DNA from: Gemmatimonadales bacterium
GTDB lineage: Bacteria; Gemmatimonadota; Gemmatimonadetes; Palauibacterales; Palauibacteraceae
Reading direction: 5' to 3'
Assembly: GCA_050114915.1 (NCBI GenBank)
Contig: JASFRN010000003.1
Span: forward strand, 1-58,063
Length of the DNA stretch: 58,063 nt
Shown here: one piece after another, positions 18,843 through 27,669 of the stretch
Layout: the number at the start of each line of letters is the position of its first letter
How positions within the stretch are numbered: the first letter of the stretch is position 1
Program-made: the position numbers and the translations under genes
Notes under the pieces: model-generated
The model's database searches: none
The model's input: the letters and a program-made list of their open reading frames with translations, nothing else
Told to the model about the DNA's origin: nothing

Positions 18843-18932
18843 CCGGGCGATAAGTTCTCCGGGGCCGGGAGACGGTCCGGCCGGCGAGACTCCCCAGACC
18901 AGACATCAAAGACCAGATCGAGGAGCGTGAAG

Positions 18933-19673
18933 GTGGCGAAGCAGACCCCGAAGAACCGGAGCGGCAAGAACGCACCGCGGCTGAAGAAGAAGAGCAGCAC
19001 GGGCTTCTACCTCATTCTCGGCCTCGTGGCCGTGGCCGGCGTGGCGGCGCTTCTGTTCGCGCGCGGCAGCGGCTCGAGCGCGCCGGAGAACCTGCCGGTG
19101 AGCGTTGCCAGCACCGACGTAGCGGCCAGCGGCGCGGCCGGGATCTCGTCCACCGACGAGGAGACGCCGGTGACGATCATCGAGTTCGAGGACTTCCTCT
19201 GTCCGCACTGCCGGGACTTCAACGCCTTCAGCGGCAAGTTGATCCGACGCGAGTTCGCGTTTACGGACGATCCCATCGTCCGCTGGGTGATCTACGAGTT
19301 TCCTCTCGGCCAGACCTCGTGGGCTCCCGCGATCGCGGCCCGCTGCGCGAGAGATCAGGGGGCCTACTGGGAGATGCACGACGTGCTCTACGCCCGAACC
19401 GAGGAGTGGGCTTCCGAGTCGAACCCCAACAGCGAGTTCATCGACTTCGCCGGCGAGCTGGGACTCGACACCGGCCAGTTCCGGGAGTGCCTCGCGAATC
19501 GTGACCACCTGTCCGACATCGCGGCCTCGCGCAAATACGGCGAGAGCCTCGGCGTGAACGGGACGCCGACCCTGTACATGAACGGGCGGCGGCTCGACCT
19601 GCGCAACGCGAACTACGAGTCGCTGAAGAACCGGATCCTCGAAGCGGCCGCCAACGCCCGGTCGGACGGCTGA
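18933..19673 (+). CDS. Membrane-anchored DsbA-family thioredoxin-fold oxidoreductase
   Basis: FEDFLCPHC active site, cis-Pro loop GVNGTPT and an N-terminal TM helix. GAGGAG SD fits GTG 18933. Confidence 0.88.
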   Translation: MAKQTPKNRSGKNAPRLKKKSSTGFYLILGLVAVAGVAALLFARGSGSSAPENLPVSVASTDVAASGAAGISSTDEETPVTIIEFEDFLCPHCRDFNAFSGKLIRREFAFTDDPIVRWVIYEFPLGQTSWAPAIAARCARDQGAYWEMHDVLYARTEEWASESNPNSEFIDFAGELGLDTGQFRECLANRDHLSDIAASRKYGESLGVNGTPTLYMNGRRLDLRNANYESLKNRILEAAANARSDG

Positions 19674-19675
19674 GG

Positions 19676-20131
19676 GTGGAACCCGTCACGCGCTACCGTG
19701 GCGTCGCGGTGCTGGCGCTGGTGGGCCTGTTCATCTCGGCCTACCTGCTGCTCCACAATCTCGGCTACTACGGCGACCTGATCTGCGGGACGGGTTCCTG
19801 CGAGGTCGTACAGACCTCCGAGTACGCCGTATTCCTCGGGGTGCCGGTGCCGGCCTGGGGGGCGGCGTGGTACGGGGGGATGCTCGTGTTGTCGCTGCTG
19901 GCGGCGGCCCGGCCTCCGGCCGATCCACGGGGGGTGAACGGAGCAGTCCGGCTCGTCGCCCTGGGGGCCACGGCCGGACTGGTGTTTTCCGCCTATCTCA
20001 CCTCGATCGAGGCGTTCGTGCTGGATGCCTGGTGCCGCTGGTGCATCGCGAGCGCCGTGCTCACGGTCCTGATCTTCGGGCTCGCCGCCCCCTGGCGGGC
20101 GCTGCGGACGGGCAGCCGCCCGCCGAGCTGA
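19676..20131 (+). CDS. Vitamin K epoxide reductase (VKOR) family protein
   Basis: Loop cysteines CGTGSC, V-x-x-SEY, GVPVP-x-x-G, and active site WCRWC. Confidence 0.92.
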   Translation: MEPVTRYRGVAVLALVGLFISAYLLLHNLGYYGDLICGTGSCEVVQTSEYAVFLGVPVPAWGAAWYGGMLVLSLLAAARPPADPRGVNGAVRLVALGATAGLVFSAYLTSIEAFVLDAWCRWCIASAVLTVLIFGLAAPWRALRTGSRPPS

Positions 20132-20144
20132 CGGCCGGGCCGGC

Positions 20145-21008
20145 TCAGGCGGAGGCCCGCCAGAACCCTTCGAGGGCTTCGCCGTCCGTCGAGTTCTTCA
20201 GCTTGTCGAACGCGCGGTTCCGGATCTGGCGGATCCGCTCGCGAGTGACGCCGAGCAGCTCGCCGATCTGCTCGAGGGTCATCTCCTCGCCGTCGTCCAG
20301 GCCGTAGTACAGGACGAGGATCTTCCGCTCGCGCTCGGTCAGGTACGTCTCGAACATCCGCTCGAGGAACTCCCGCCGGGCCTGCGACTCCACGTCGACC
20401 TCGATGTCGCCTTCATCGGCGCCCGAAAAGCGCTCGCCGAAGGAGGCGCTGTCACGGTCGGACTTGTCGAGCGGCGCGTCCAGGCTGAGCTCGGCGGATG
20501 CGACCCGGCGCAGGGCGCGCACCGTCTCGACCGGCTCCTTCATCTCCTCGGCGATCTCGCGGTCGGTCGGCGAGCGGCCGAGCTTCTGTGTGAGCGCGGT
20601 CTCGGTGCGCGACAGCTTGACCAGGTTCGAGTTCTGGTTCAGCGGGATACGGACGGAGCGGGTCTGCTCGGCCAGAGCCTGCAGCACGGTCTGTCGAATC
20701 CACCAGACGGCGTAAGAGATGAACTTCACGCCCTTCTCGGGATCGAACTTCTTGACCGCCTTCAGCAGGCCTTCGTTTCCGATGCAGACGAGCTCGGCCA
20801 GGTTCAGGCCCCGGCCCTGGTACTTCTTCACGTACGAGATCACGAAACGGAGGTTCGCCGTGACGAGGCGTTCCGCCGCCTGCTTGTCCCCTTCCCGCGC
20901 CCGCCGCGCGATCTCGCGCTCTTCTTTCGGGTCGTCGATGAGGGGGTAACGCTCGACGTCCTGCAGGTACTGATCGAAGGAATCGAGGGCTCGCGAATCG
21001 AAGAACAT
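20145..21008 (-). CDS. RNA polymerase sigma70-family factor (RpoD/RpoS-like, no region 1.1)
   Basis: Region 1.2 [12 protein letters not shown], region 2 LVTANLRFV...[27 protein letters not shown], region 4 [24 protein letters not shown] SD. Confidence 0.93.
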   Translation of the reverse strand: [287 protein letters not shown]

Positions 21009-21080
21009 GGCACTCCCTGCTTGAGCTAGCGGATGACCGAAACGGGGCGCCGCAACCCCGATGGAGAATCCGAAACTACC

Positions 21081-21110
21081 ATTATACGGTAAGTGGAACC
21101 CGAAGTTCCA
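21081..21110 (-). promoter_or_regulatory. Promoter of the sigma factor gene with an overlapping inverted repeat
   Basis: Perfect TATAAT at 21086-21081, GGAAC-N16-CGTA, and inverted repeat TGGAAC-N5-GTTCCA at 21094-21110. Confidence 0.6.
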
Positions 21111-21137
21111 ATCTGTCGTCCAATCGGCTCGGGGGCC

Positions 21138-21740
21138 TCAGCCGCCGATCGAGCGGCGCAACCAGGCCTCGTCCTCGGCGCTGAGGTCGCTCTCGGGCCC
21201 GGGACCTCCCGGGTCGGGCGGCGCATCCGGGTCTTCGGGCGCGCTCGCTCTCCGGGATGCGCCCGAAGCGGCGCTCCAGCGCCGCACCGCGAGGACCACC
21301 CAGGTGATCCCGCCGAGCAATGCGATCGCCGGCAGTACGTACACCAGCAGGCCGATTCCGGTCGCTCGCGGCTTGAGGATGATCCAGTCGCCGTACGATC
21401 CCCGGAAGTACGCGAGGATTTCGCGTTCGGACTGACCCTCGCCGAGCCGCTCGCGGATGACCTCCTGCATCTCCTGCGCGATGTCCGAGTTCGACTCCAG
21501 CACCGACTGGCCGCTGCACACCGGGCAGCGGAGCTGAGCTGCGATGTCGGCCGCCTTCGAGTCGAGCGCGGCGGCTTCCGGGTCCTTGAGCGCCGAGTCC
21601 GCCATCGGTTCGGCGGGTTGCATCGGTTCCTGGGCGGCCAGCCGCGCCGGCGCGCCCGCGAGCAGCGCTACGGCGAGCGCGCAGGCCGCTCCCGCGCCGA
21701 ATCGCCTCCAGGCTGGAGCCGGGGCGAGGCGCCGGCTCAT
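21138..21740 (-). CDS. ccmH: Cytochrome c biogenesis protein CcmH
   Basis: LRCPVC, IAQEMQ...YGDWIILKP and a C-terminal TM. ATGA overlap with ccmG. No TPR extension. Confidence 0.9.
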   Translation of the reverse strand: MSRRLAPAPAWRRFGAGAACALAVALLAGAPARLAAQEPMQPAEPMADSALKDPEAAALDSKAADIAAQLRCPVCSGQSVLESNSDIAQEMQEVIRERLGEGQSEREILAYFRGSYGDWIILKPRATGIGLLVYVLPAIALLGGITWVVLAVRRWSAASGASRRASAPEDPDAPPDPGGPGPESDLSAEDEAWLRRSIGG

Positions 21741-22264
21741 TCGGTTGCCGCCAGCAGCGAGTCGATCTTCGTCTGCATCACGTCCCACGTCAGTGGCCCG
21801 ATGTGCTTGTACGCCACCACCCCGCCGGGCGCCACGAAGAAGGTCTCGGGTACGCCGTGCACGCCGTAGTCGATCGCCGTCCGGCTGCCGGGGTCCAGCA
21901 CGTGACGCCACTCGTTCCCCATCGCGGCGAGGAACCGCTCCGCGTTGCGCTTCGTGTCGTCGTACACGAGGCCGATGATCGCCACGTCCTCGGTCGGCCA
22001 CGTGCGAGCGGCCTTCAGGAGAACCGGATGCTCCGCCCTGCACGGGATGCACCAGGAAGCCCAGAAGTTCAACACCACGACGCGATCCTCGAGCTCGCCG
22101 AGGGACAGCGAATCGCCGTCGAGCGTTTCGAGCGTCCAGGTCGGCGCCGGTTGTCCGATCAGGGGTGTCGGAAAGAACTGCGGATTCCGCGTCAGCCCGA
22201 ACGCCAGCAGCGCCAGGAAGGGGATGGCCGAGATCGGGAGCAGCCAGCGCCAGCGTCCTCTCAT
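21737..22264 (-). CDS. ccmG: Thiol-disulfide oxidoreductase CcmG/DsbE (TlpA-like)
   Basis: NFWASWCIPC, YGVHGVPETFFV, an N-terminal TM, and position within the ccm operon. Confidence 0.88.
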   Translation of the reverse strand: MRGRWRWLLPISAIPFLALLAFGLTRNPQFFPTPLIGQPAPTWTLETLDGDSLSLGELEDRVVVLNFWASWCIPCRAEHPVLLKAARTWPTEDVAIIGLVYDDTKRNAERFLAAMGNEWRHVLDPGSRTAIDYGVHGVPETFFVAPGGVVAYKHIGPLTWDVMQTKIDSLLAATE

Positions 22265-22271
22265 CGAGACC

Positions 22272-24266
22272 TCACGAACCTTCCGATCGGGCGGCCACCA
22301 TGCGCACGTGCGCCGACCGACGCTGCGGGGCCACGGAGAGTATCGCCCCCAGGCCGATGATCATCCCGCCGATCCACAGCCACGGCACGCCCGGGTTTAC
22401 GATCACCCGGACCGTCGCGTGATTGCCCTGCGGGTCGAACGACATGAGGGTCAGATAGAGGTCCTCGTCGACGAACGACCGGACGGCCGGCGTGGCGATC
22501 GGCTCGGACGCTCGCGCGTCCTGGCGGTAGAAGTTCGTGCGCGGCACGATCGTCCCGACGTCGGAGTCGCCGCGCCGCGCCGTGAACGCCGCCGCCACGA
22601 CGTCCCGATGTGGCTCCCGCCAGGCGCTGACGGAATCGAACCGCAGCGTGTAGTCGCCGATCACCATCTCCTGCCCCCGCTCGAGCGTCGCTTCGCGTTC
22701 GAAGCGCCAGGTGCCCGATACCGACAGGGCGACGACGATGACGACGATGCCGACGTGGACGATGTAGCCGCCGTAGCGCCGGTTGTTGCGAACCAGCAGC
22801 TGGCCCAGGGCCCGCAGGGGGCCGATTCCCGAGATGCGCCGCCGCGCCGCGACGCCCTTCCAGAACTCGTCGACGATGGTCGCCATCACGAAGGCCGCGA
22901 AGCCGAAGGTGATCAGCGGGTACACTTCGCGGATCCCGAGTACGAACGCCAGCCCCGATGCGGCGAGTCCCGTCAACAGGGGCGCCACGAACGTGCGGCG
23001 CAGCTTCTCGCCCGAGGTGCGGCGCCACGGGAGGGCGGGGCCGACGCCCATCAGGAACAGCAGGAGCAGGCCGAGCGGCACGCTGACCATGTTGAAATAC
23101 GGGGGACCGACGCTGATCCGGTCGCCGTTGATCGCCTCGATGATCAGCGGGAAGGTGGTTCCCAGCAGTACGGTGAACGTGAACGCGGCGAAGATCAGGT
23201 TGTTGAGGATGAACGAGCTCTCCCGCGACACGACCCCGTCCAGCGACCCCGGCGAGTGCAGCCGGTCGGCCCGCCACGCGATGAGCGTCAACGAGACCAG
23301 CGTGATGAACACGATGAACCCGAGGAAAAGCGGTCCGATGAAGCCCTCGGTGAACGCGTGCACCGAGTCGAGCACGCCCGAGCGCGTGAGGAAGGTGCCG
23401 AACAGCGACAGCAGGAACGTGCCGATGATCAGGGTCAGGTTCCACGTCTTCAGCATCCCCCGCCGCTCCTGGACCATCACCGAGTGCAGGAACGCGGTGG
23501 CCGTGAGCCAGGGCAGGAACGAGGCGTTCTCGACCGGATCCCACGCCCAGTATCCGCCCCAGCCGAGCACCTCGTAGGACCACCAGGCGCCGGCGACGAT
23601 GCCGAGCGACAGGAAGGCCCACGGAGTGATCGTCCAGCGCCGGATCGTGCGGATCCACTCCTCGTCCACTTTTCCGCTGAGCAGGGCCCCGATCGCGAAC
23701 GCGAACGGCACGGCCAGTCCCACGTAGCCCAGGTAGAGCAGCGGTGGGTGGAGTCCCATGAGCGGGTGGTTCTGGAGCAGCGGGTTCGGTCCGGGCCCGT
23801 TCGCCGGGGCCGGCGAGACGACGCCGAACGGGTTCGCCACGGTCGCGACGAGACCGTAGAAGAAGATTCCCACGACGCCCAGCGTGCCGAGCGCGAACGG
23901 CAGCAACCGGGAGCGGGAGCGTCGCTGCACCCACACCACGACCGCCGTGTACGCGGCGAGGATGAAGCCCCAGAACAGGATCGAGCCTTCCAGGCTGCTC
24001 CACAGCGAGATCGCCGTGTAGTAGGGCGGCGTGTCCAGGCTGCCGACCTGCGCCACGTACTCGACGCTGAAGTCGTGCGTCAGGAGCGCGACTTCCATCG
24101 CGCCGACGGCGGTGACCATCGCGGCGAACACGAAGCCGGCGGCGTACTTGGCGCCGCGAAGCAGCGGATCGCTGCGCCGGAAGCCGGCCGCCATGCCGAG
24201 CACGGCGAGGGCCGCGGCGCCCAGCCACGCGGCGGTGATCGCCACGGTCCCGATCACGTTGATCAT
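22272..24266 (-). CDS. ccmF: Cytochrome c heme lyase CcmF
   Basis: WSSLEGS, LQNHPLMGLHPPLLYLGY, WGGYWAWDPVENASFLPW, LHS and TRSG...SVHAF motifs. GGAGG SD. Confidence 0.96.
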   Translation of the reverse strand: MINVIGTVAITAAWLGAAALAVLGMAAGFRRSDPLLRGAKYAAGFVFAAMVTAVGAMEVALLTHDFSVEYVAQVGSLDTPPYYTAISLWSSLEGSILFWGFILAAYTAVVVWVQRRSRSRLLPFALGTLGVVGIFFYGLVATVANPFGVVSPAPANGPGPNPLLQNHPLMGLHPPLLYLGYVGLAVPFAFAIGALLSGKVDEEWIRTIRRWTITPWAFLSLGIVAGAWWSYEVLGWGGYWAWDPVENASFLPWLTATAFLHSVMVQERRGMLKTWNLTLIIGTFLLSLFGTFLTRSGVLDSVHAFTEGFIGPLFLGFIVFITLVSLTLIAWRADRLHSPGSLDGVVSRESSFILNNLIFAAFTFTVLLGTTFPLIIEAINGDRISVGPPYFNMVSVPLGLLLLFLMGVGPALPWRRTSGEKLRRTFVAPLLTGLAASGLAFVLGIREVYPLITFGFAAFVMATIVDEFWKGVAARRRISGIGPLRALGQLLVRNNRRYGGYIVHVGIVVIVVALSVSGTWRFEREATLERGQEMVIGDYTLRFDSVSAWREPHRDVVAAAFTARRGDSDVGTIVPRTNFYRQDARASEPIATPAVRSFVDEDLYLTLMSFDPQGNHATVRVIVNPGVPWLWIGGMIIGLGAILSVAPQRRSAHVRMVAARSEGS

Positions 24267-24299
24267 CGGGATCCACCTCCCACGGTGAACGGCACGGTG

Positions 24300-24749
24300 C
24301 TACTCCTGGCTGTTGGAGATCAGCGATTCATACATCGCTTCGGGCACCGAATCGCCATGCGGGGGGCGATACTCGTTGGAGTGCTTCACCATCAGGTTCG
24401 TCGATTCGAACGTCCCGTCGGGGCGCATCGACCCTTCGACCACGACGCCGATGCCGTCCCGGAACATCGCCGGGGGCGCGCCCGTCGAGGCCACGTGGAC
24501 TTCGCTGACGCTGTCCTGCACGACGAACCGCAGATCGAGCTGCTCGGCGTTCCAGCTCACGGAGCCGGGCTTCACCTGGCCGCCGAGCCGCATCGGCCGA
24601 TCGACGGCCGACGTGCCCTGCGCCACCAGCTCGCTGGGGGTCAGGAAGTAGACGACGTTCTCCTTCAGGCCGCCGGCCAGGAGCATGCCGATCGCGCCGA
24701 TCACCGCCAGGGCGCCGACACCCGCCCACATCTTCTTCGATCTATTCAT
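24300..24749 (-). CDS. ccmE: Heme chaperone CcmE
   Basis: VYFLTPSE, RLGGQV, F-x-DG-x-GVVVEG and the heme-binding KHSNEY (HxxxY) motif. Confidence 0.93.
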   Translation of the reverse strand: MNRSKKMWAGVGALAVIGAIGMLLAGGLKENVVYFLTPSELVAQGTSAVDRPMRLGGQVKPGSVSWNAEQLDLRFVVQDSVSEVHVASTGAPPAMFRDGIGVVVEGSMRPDGTFESTNLMVKHSNEYRPPHGDSVPEAMYESLISNSQE

Positions 24750-24757
24750 CGTTCGAT

Positions 24758-24901
24758 TCACCGAGTCTCGGAATTGGATTCGCGCTTCGCGGCCGCGAGC
24801 CGCCGTTCCGCGGCGCGCATGCGCCGCCAGCTCCGCCACGTGTACCAGATGATCGATCCCCAGATCAGGCCATAACCGGCCGCCACGTACCCGTTAATCA
24901 T
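24758..24901 (-). CDS. ccmD: Heme exporter protein CcmD
   Basis: 47 aa: YVAAGYGLIWGSIIWY TM followed by a basic tail. Lies between ccmC and ccmE. Confidence 0.8.
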   Translation of the reverse strand: MINGYVAAGYGLIWGSIIWYTWRSWRRMRAAERRLAAAKRESNSETR

Positions 24902-25565
24902 ACGCCATCCGCGTCTCGAGTTCCCCTTCCAGCTTGTGGATGCGGGCACGCCGAATCGTCAGGTATATGAAAACGAGCAGAAAGGCCAGAAAGTTCAGCA
25001 TCCAGGTCCACAGGATCTCGCTCGCCACCGAGCGGGGACTCGACGGCGGCTGGTGGAGCGTGCGCCACCAGACCACCGACAGGTAGACGATCGGCACCTG
25101 GATGAAGCCGAGGATGCCGACGATCGCCGACCAGCGCGCCCGGCGCTCCGGGTCGTCGGCGAAGCCCCGCACCGCCAGGTAGCCGATGAAGATCGCCAGG
25201 AGCAGCGCCGTCGTCGTCAGCCGCGGGTCCCAGGTCCACCATACGCCCCACGTCGGCTTGCCCCAGAGCATTCCGGTGAGGAGCGTCAGCGAGATGAACA
25301 CGACGCCCACCTCGGCGGCGCTCGCCGCGACGCGGTCGGTGCGCGGGTCTCGCTGGACGAGGTAGAGGACGCTGGTCACGAATACCACGAAGAAGGCGAC
25401 GAACGCGGTCCAGGCGGCCGGGACGTGGACGTACATGAGCCGCTGCACCTCGCCCATCTCGGCGTCGGCGCGGACCACGAACAGCCCGACGAAGCTGCCC
25501 ACCGCCATGAGTACGAAGGCGGCGGCGCCCAGCCAGCGAACGAACGGCGCACTGCGTTCCTGCAT
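24894..25565 (-). CDS. ccmC: Heme exporter protein CcmC
   Basis: YVHVP, WWD domain WGKPTWGVWWTWDPRLT, and WWRTLHQ. Confidence 0.95.
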   Translation of the reverse strand: MQERSAPFVRWLGAAAFVLMAVGSFVGLFVVRADAEMGEVQRLMYVHVPAAWTAFVAFFVVFVTSVLYLVQRDPRTDRVAASAAEVGVVFISLTLLTGMLWGKPTWGVWWTWDPRLTTTALLLAIFIGYLAVRGFADDPERRARWSAIVGILGFIQVPIVYLSVVWWRTLHQPPSSPRSVASEILWTWMLNFLAFLLVFIYLTIRRARIHKLEGELETRMAYD

Positions 25566-25570
25566 CGGCT

Positions 25571-26248
25571 CTATTCTTCCACGGCGAGGGGAAACAACCA
25601 CGTGCACACGACGAAGAAGACTACGTCGTAGGCCACGAGAAGTCGAACCCAGAGCACGGCCTCTCCGAAGGGGTTTCCATCCAGTGCGAGCTGGGTCGCG
25701 TTGACCGCTCCGAGCAGTGGCGGAACCAGCGCCGGGATCAGCAGAAGAGGCAGCATGATCTCCCGGGCCCGCAGGTGCAGCGTGAGGGCCGCGTAGAACG
25801 TCCCGGCGATCGAAAACGCGAGCGTTCCGAGCAGCGCGATTCCGGCCAGGGGCAGCGCGTGCGGCCACAACTCGACCTGGAACAGCACCGCCGCCGCCGG
25901 AAACAGGACGACCTCGAGGCCGAGCAACAGGAGCACGTTGCCGGCGAGCTTGCCGAGATAGATGGCGCGTGGATCGCCGGGGGACATCCGCAGGCCCTCG
26001 AGCCCGCCCGCCGCCTCCTCGGACTGGTAGGTTCGGCTGAGCGACAGCAACCCGGTGAACACGATCGCCACCCAGAGAAGGCCCGCCGCGATGCGGCGCA
26101 GCAGCGGCGTGTCGGGACCGATCGCGAACGAGAACACGAACAGCACCAGCGCCGAGAACGCCAGCATGGAGTGGAAGCTGGCCTTCGTCCGGGCTTCGAT
26201 GAGCAGGTCCTTCCAGACGATCGCCGCCACGCGTCCGGGCATCGACAT
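25571..26248 (-). CDS. ccmB: Heme exporter protein CcmB
   Basis: IVWKDLLIEAR, GLLWV, multiple TMs, and LLPLLLIP-like IMLPLLLIP. Confidence 0.92.
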   Translation of the reverse strand: MSMPGRVAAIVWKDLLIEARTKASFHSMLAFSALVLFVFSFAIGPDTPLLRRIAAGLLWVAIVFTGLLSLSRTYQSEEAAGGLEGLRMSPGDPRAIYLGKLAGNVLLLLGLEVVLFPAAAVLFQVELWPHALPLAGIALLGTLAFSIAGTFYAALTLHLRAREIMLPLLLIPALVPPLLGAVNATQLALDGNPFGEAVLWVRLLVAYDVVFFVVCTWLFPLAVEE

Positions 26249-26967
26249 CAGCTCGCCTCCGGCGTCGGGAGCGCGGCGAGGTCCGAGGCGGCCTCGACCA
26301 GGCGGCCCTCGTCGAGACGCAACGTGCGAGTGGCGCGCCGCGTCGCCTCGCCGGACTGGTGCGAAGCGAGGATCACCGTGGTCCCGCCGTCGACCAGATC
26401 CATGACGAGTCGGTCGACGAGCGCCATGCCCTCGTCGTCCAGCGCCGCGTATGGCTCGTCGATCAGCGCCAGGCGCAGGGGGCGAAGCCGAAGACCGGCG
26501 AGCGCCAGCCGCCGCCGCATGCCGGTCGAGAAGGTGCGTACGGTCTGGTCCGCGACGTGGTCGAGGCCGACTTCACCGAGCAGCTCACCGACCCGCGCGT
26601 CGGTGAGATTCGCGCCGGCCAGCCGGGCGCCGAACCGCAGGTTCTCGGCGGCCGTGAGGTCGTCGTAGACGAACCCTCGGGCCGACACGTAGGCCGACCG
26701 GGCGCGGATCTGGTCGCCCTGCTCACGAATCGACAGGCCGTCCACCGTGCCCTCGCCCCTCGAGGGGCGCAGCAGGGTGGCGATGATGCGCAGCAGGGTC
26801 GTCTTGCCGGCCCCGTTCGACCCGACCAGCACGAGGGTCGAGCCCGGAGAAACGGACAGGTCGACGCCGCGCAGGACGCGCTTGCGCCCGAAGCGCTGAT
26901 GGATGTCGTGCAGCTCGACCGCCGGTCCAGAACCGGCGGCCGGCGCTCCGGCCGTGGATGCGGGAAT
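26248..26967 (-). CDS. ccmA: Heme ABC exporter ATP-binding protein CcmA; start uncertain
   Basis: GSNGAGKT, FSTGMRRR, LIDEPYAALD and ASHQ. Coupled to ccmB (TGATG). Start proposed at ATT 26967. Confidence 0.9.
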   Translation of the reverse strand: MPASTAGAPAAGSGPAVELHDIHQRFGRKRVLRGVDLSVSPGSTLVLVGSNGAGKTTLLRIIATLLRPSRGEGTVDGLSIREQGDQIRARSAYVSARGFVYDDLTAAENLRFGARLAGANLTDARVGELLGEVGLDHVADQTVRTFSTGMRRRLALAGLRLRPLRLALIDEPYAALDDEGMALVDRLVMDLVDGGTTVILASHQSGEATRRATRTLRLDEGRLVEAASDLAALPTPEAS

Positions 26968-26978
26968 TGCTCGCTTCC

Positions 26979-27491
26979 TTACTGTTCGTTCAGCCGGCGC
27001 TGGATCTCGTTGCCCACGTGCTCGACGTACTGCCAGCTCGGGTGCGCGTTCGGCAGTGTACGCAGACGGGCCCACTGCGTCGGTTCGGTGGGGAGGTCGA
27101 CCGGATTGTAGAGTGGTTCGACGTAGAGGCGCGTGCCCCCGCGGAACGGTTCGGCCCACAGGAGCAGCTTCACGTAGCGCTCGTTTTCCGCAACGCCGCT
27201 GAGCGGCGCCGACGGATAGACGTTGGGGATGTAGATCCAGTCCGTCTCCATCCGGGCCACGTTCGTCGTGTCGCCGGCCATCCGCTGGAACGAGCGCGTC
27301 ATCACTCCGTCGCTTCGCAGCACCTCCCAGGCGACCTGGATCACGGAATCGGGCGGCGATCCGAAGTCGGCGATCACGGCGCGACTCGACGGGCCCCGGT
27401 TGAGCCCCGTGGATCCGCCGCCGGTGGCGCAGGCCGCGAGGCCCGCGGCGAACACCGCGACATATAGGGAAGAACGGACGTTGCGGGTCAT
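26979..27491 (-). CDS. Hypothetical lipoprotein heading the ccm operon
   Basis: Lipobox LAAC, 170 aa, GAGGA upstream. Its stop abuts the putative ccmA SD. Confidence 0.75.
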   Translation of the reverse strand: MTRNVRSSLYVAVFAAGLAACATGGGSTGLNRGPSSRAVIADFGSPPDSVIQVAWEVLRSDGVMTRSFQRMAGDTTNVARMETDWIYIPNVYPSAPLSGVAENERYVKLLLWAEPFRGGTRLYVEPLYNPVDLPTEPTQWARLRTLPNAHPSWQYVEHVGNEIQRRLNEQ

Positions 27492-27565
27492 GTCCCTGTG
27501 TCCTCTGTTCGAGTACTCGCGTCCCGACTCGCGGGTCGAGAATCCCGGGGCCGGCGACGCGGTAA

Positions 27566-27599
27566 ACTATAGCCTCGAGGCGTGCCGCGTCTATTTTTT
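27566..27599 (-). promoter_or_regulatory. Putative sigma70 promoter of the lipoprotein-ccm operon
   Basis: TAGACG(27593-27588)-N16-TATAGT(27571-27566) with an upstream A-tract, flanked by the inverted repeat GACGCGG/CCGCGTC. Confidence 0.45.
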
Positions 27600-27669
27600 G
27601 CACGACGAGGCCTGCCTATCTTCCGCTACACCGAAGTCGTCGAGATTGATCACCGCGAACGGAGGGATC

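Noticed and set aside
27556-27600. GACGCGG...CCGCGTC followed by TATTTTTT as a plus-strand terminator or riboswitch before apgM
   Set aside because: The loop is 22 nt and no plus-strand gene lies upstream. It is better explained as the minus-strand promoter with an A-tract.
26968-27603. N-terminal extension of ccmA to 27603
   Set aside because: It overlaps the whole lipoprotein gene in another frame and translates as low-complexity sequence.
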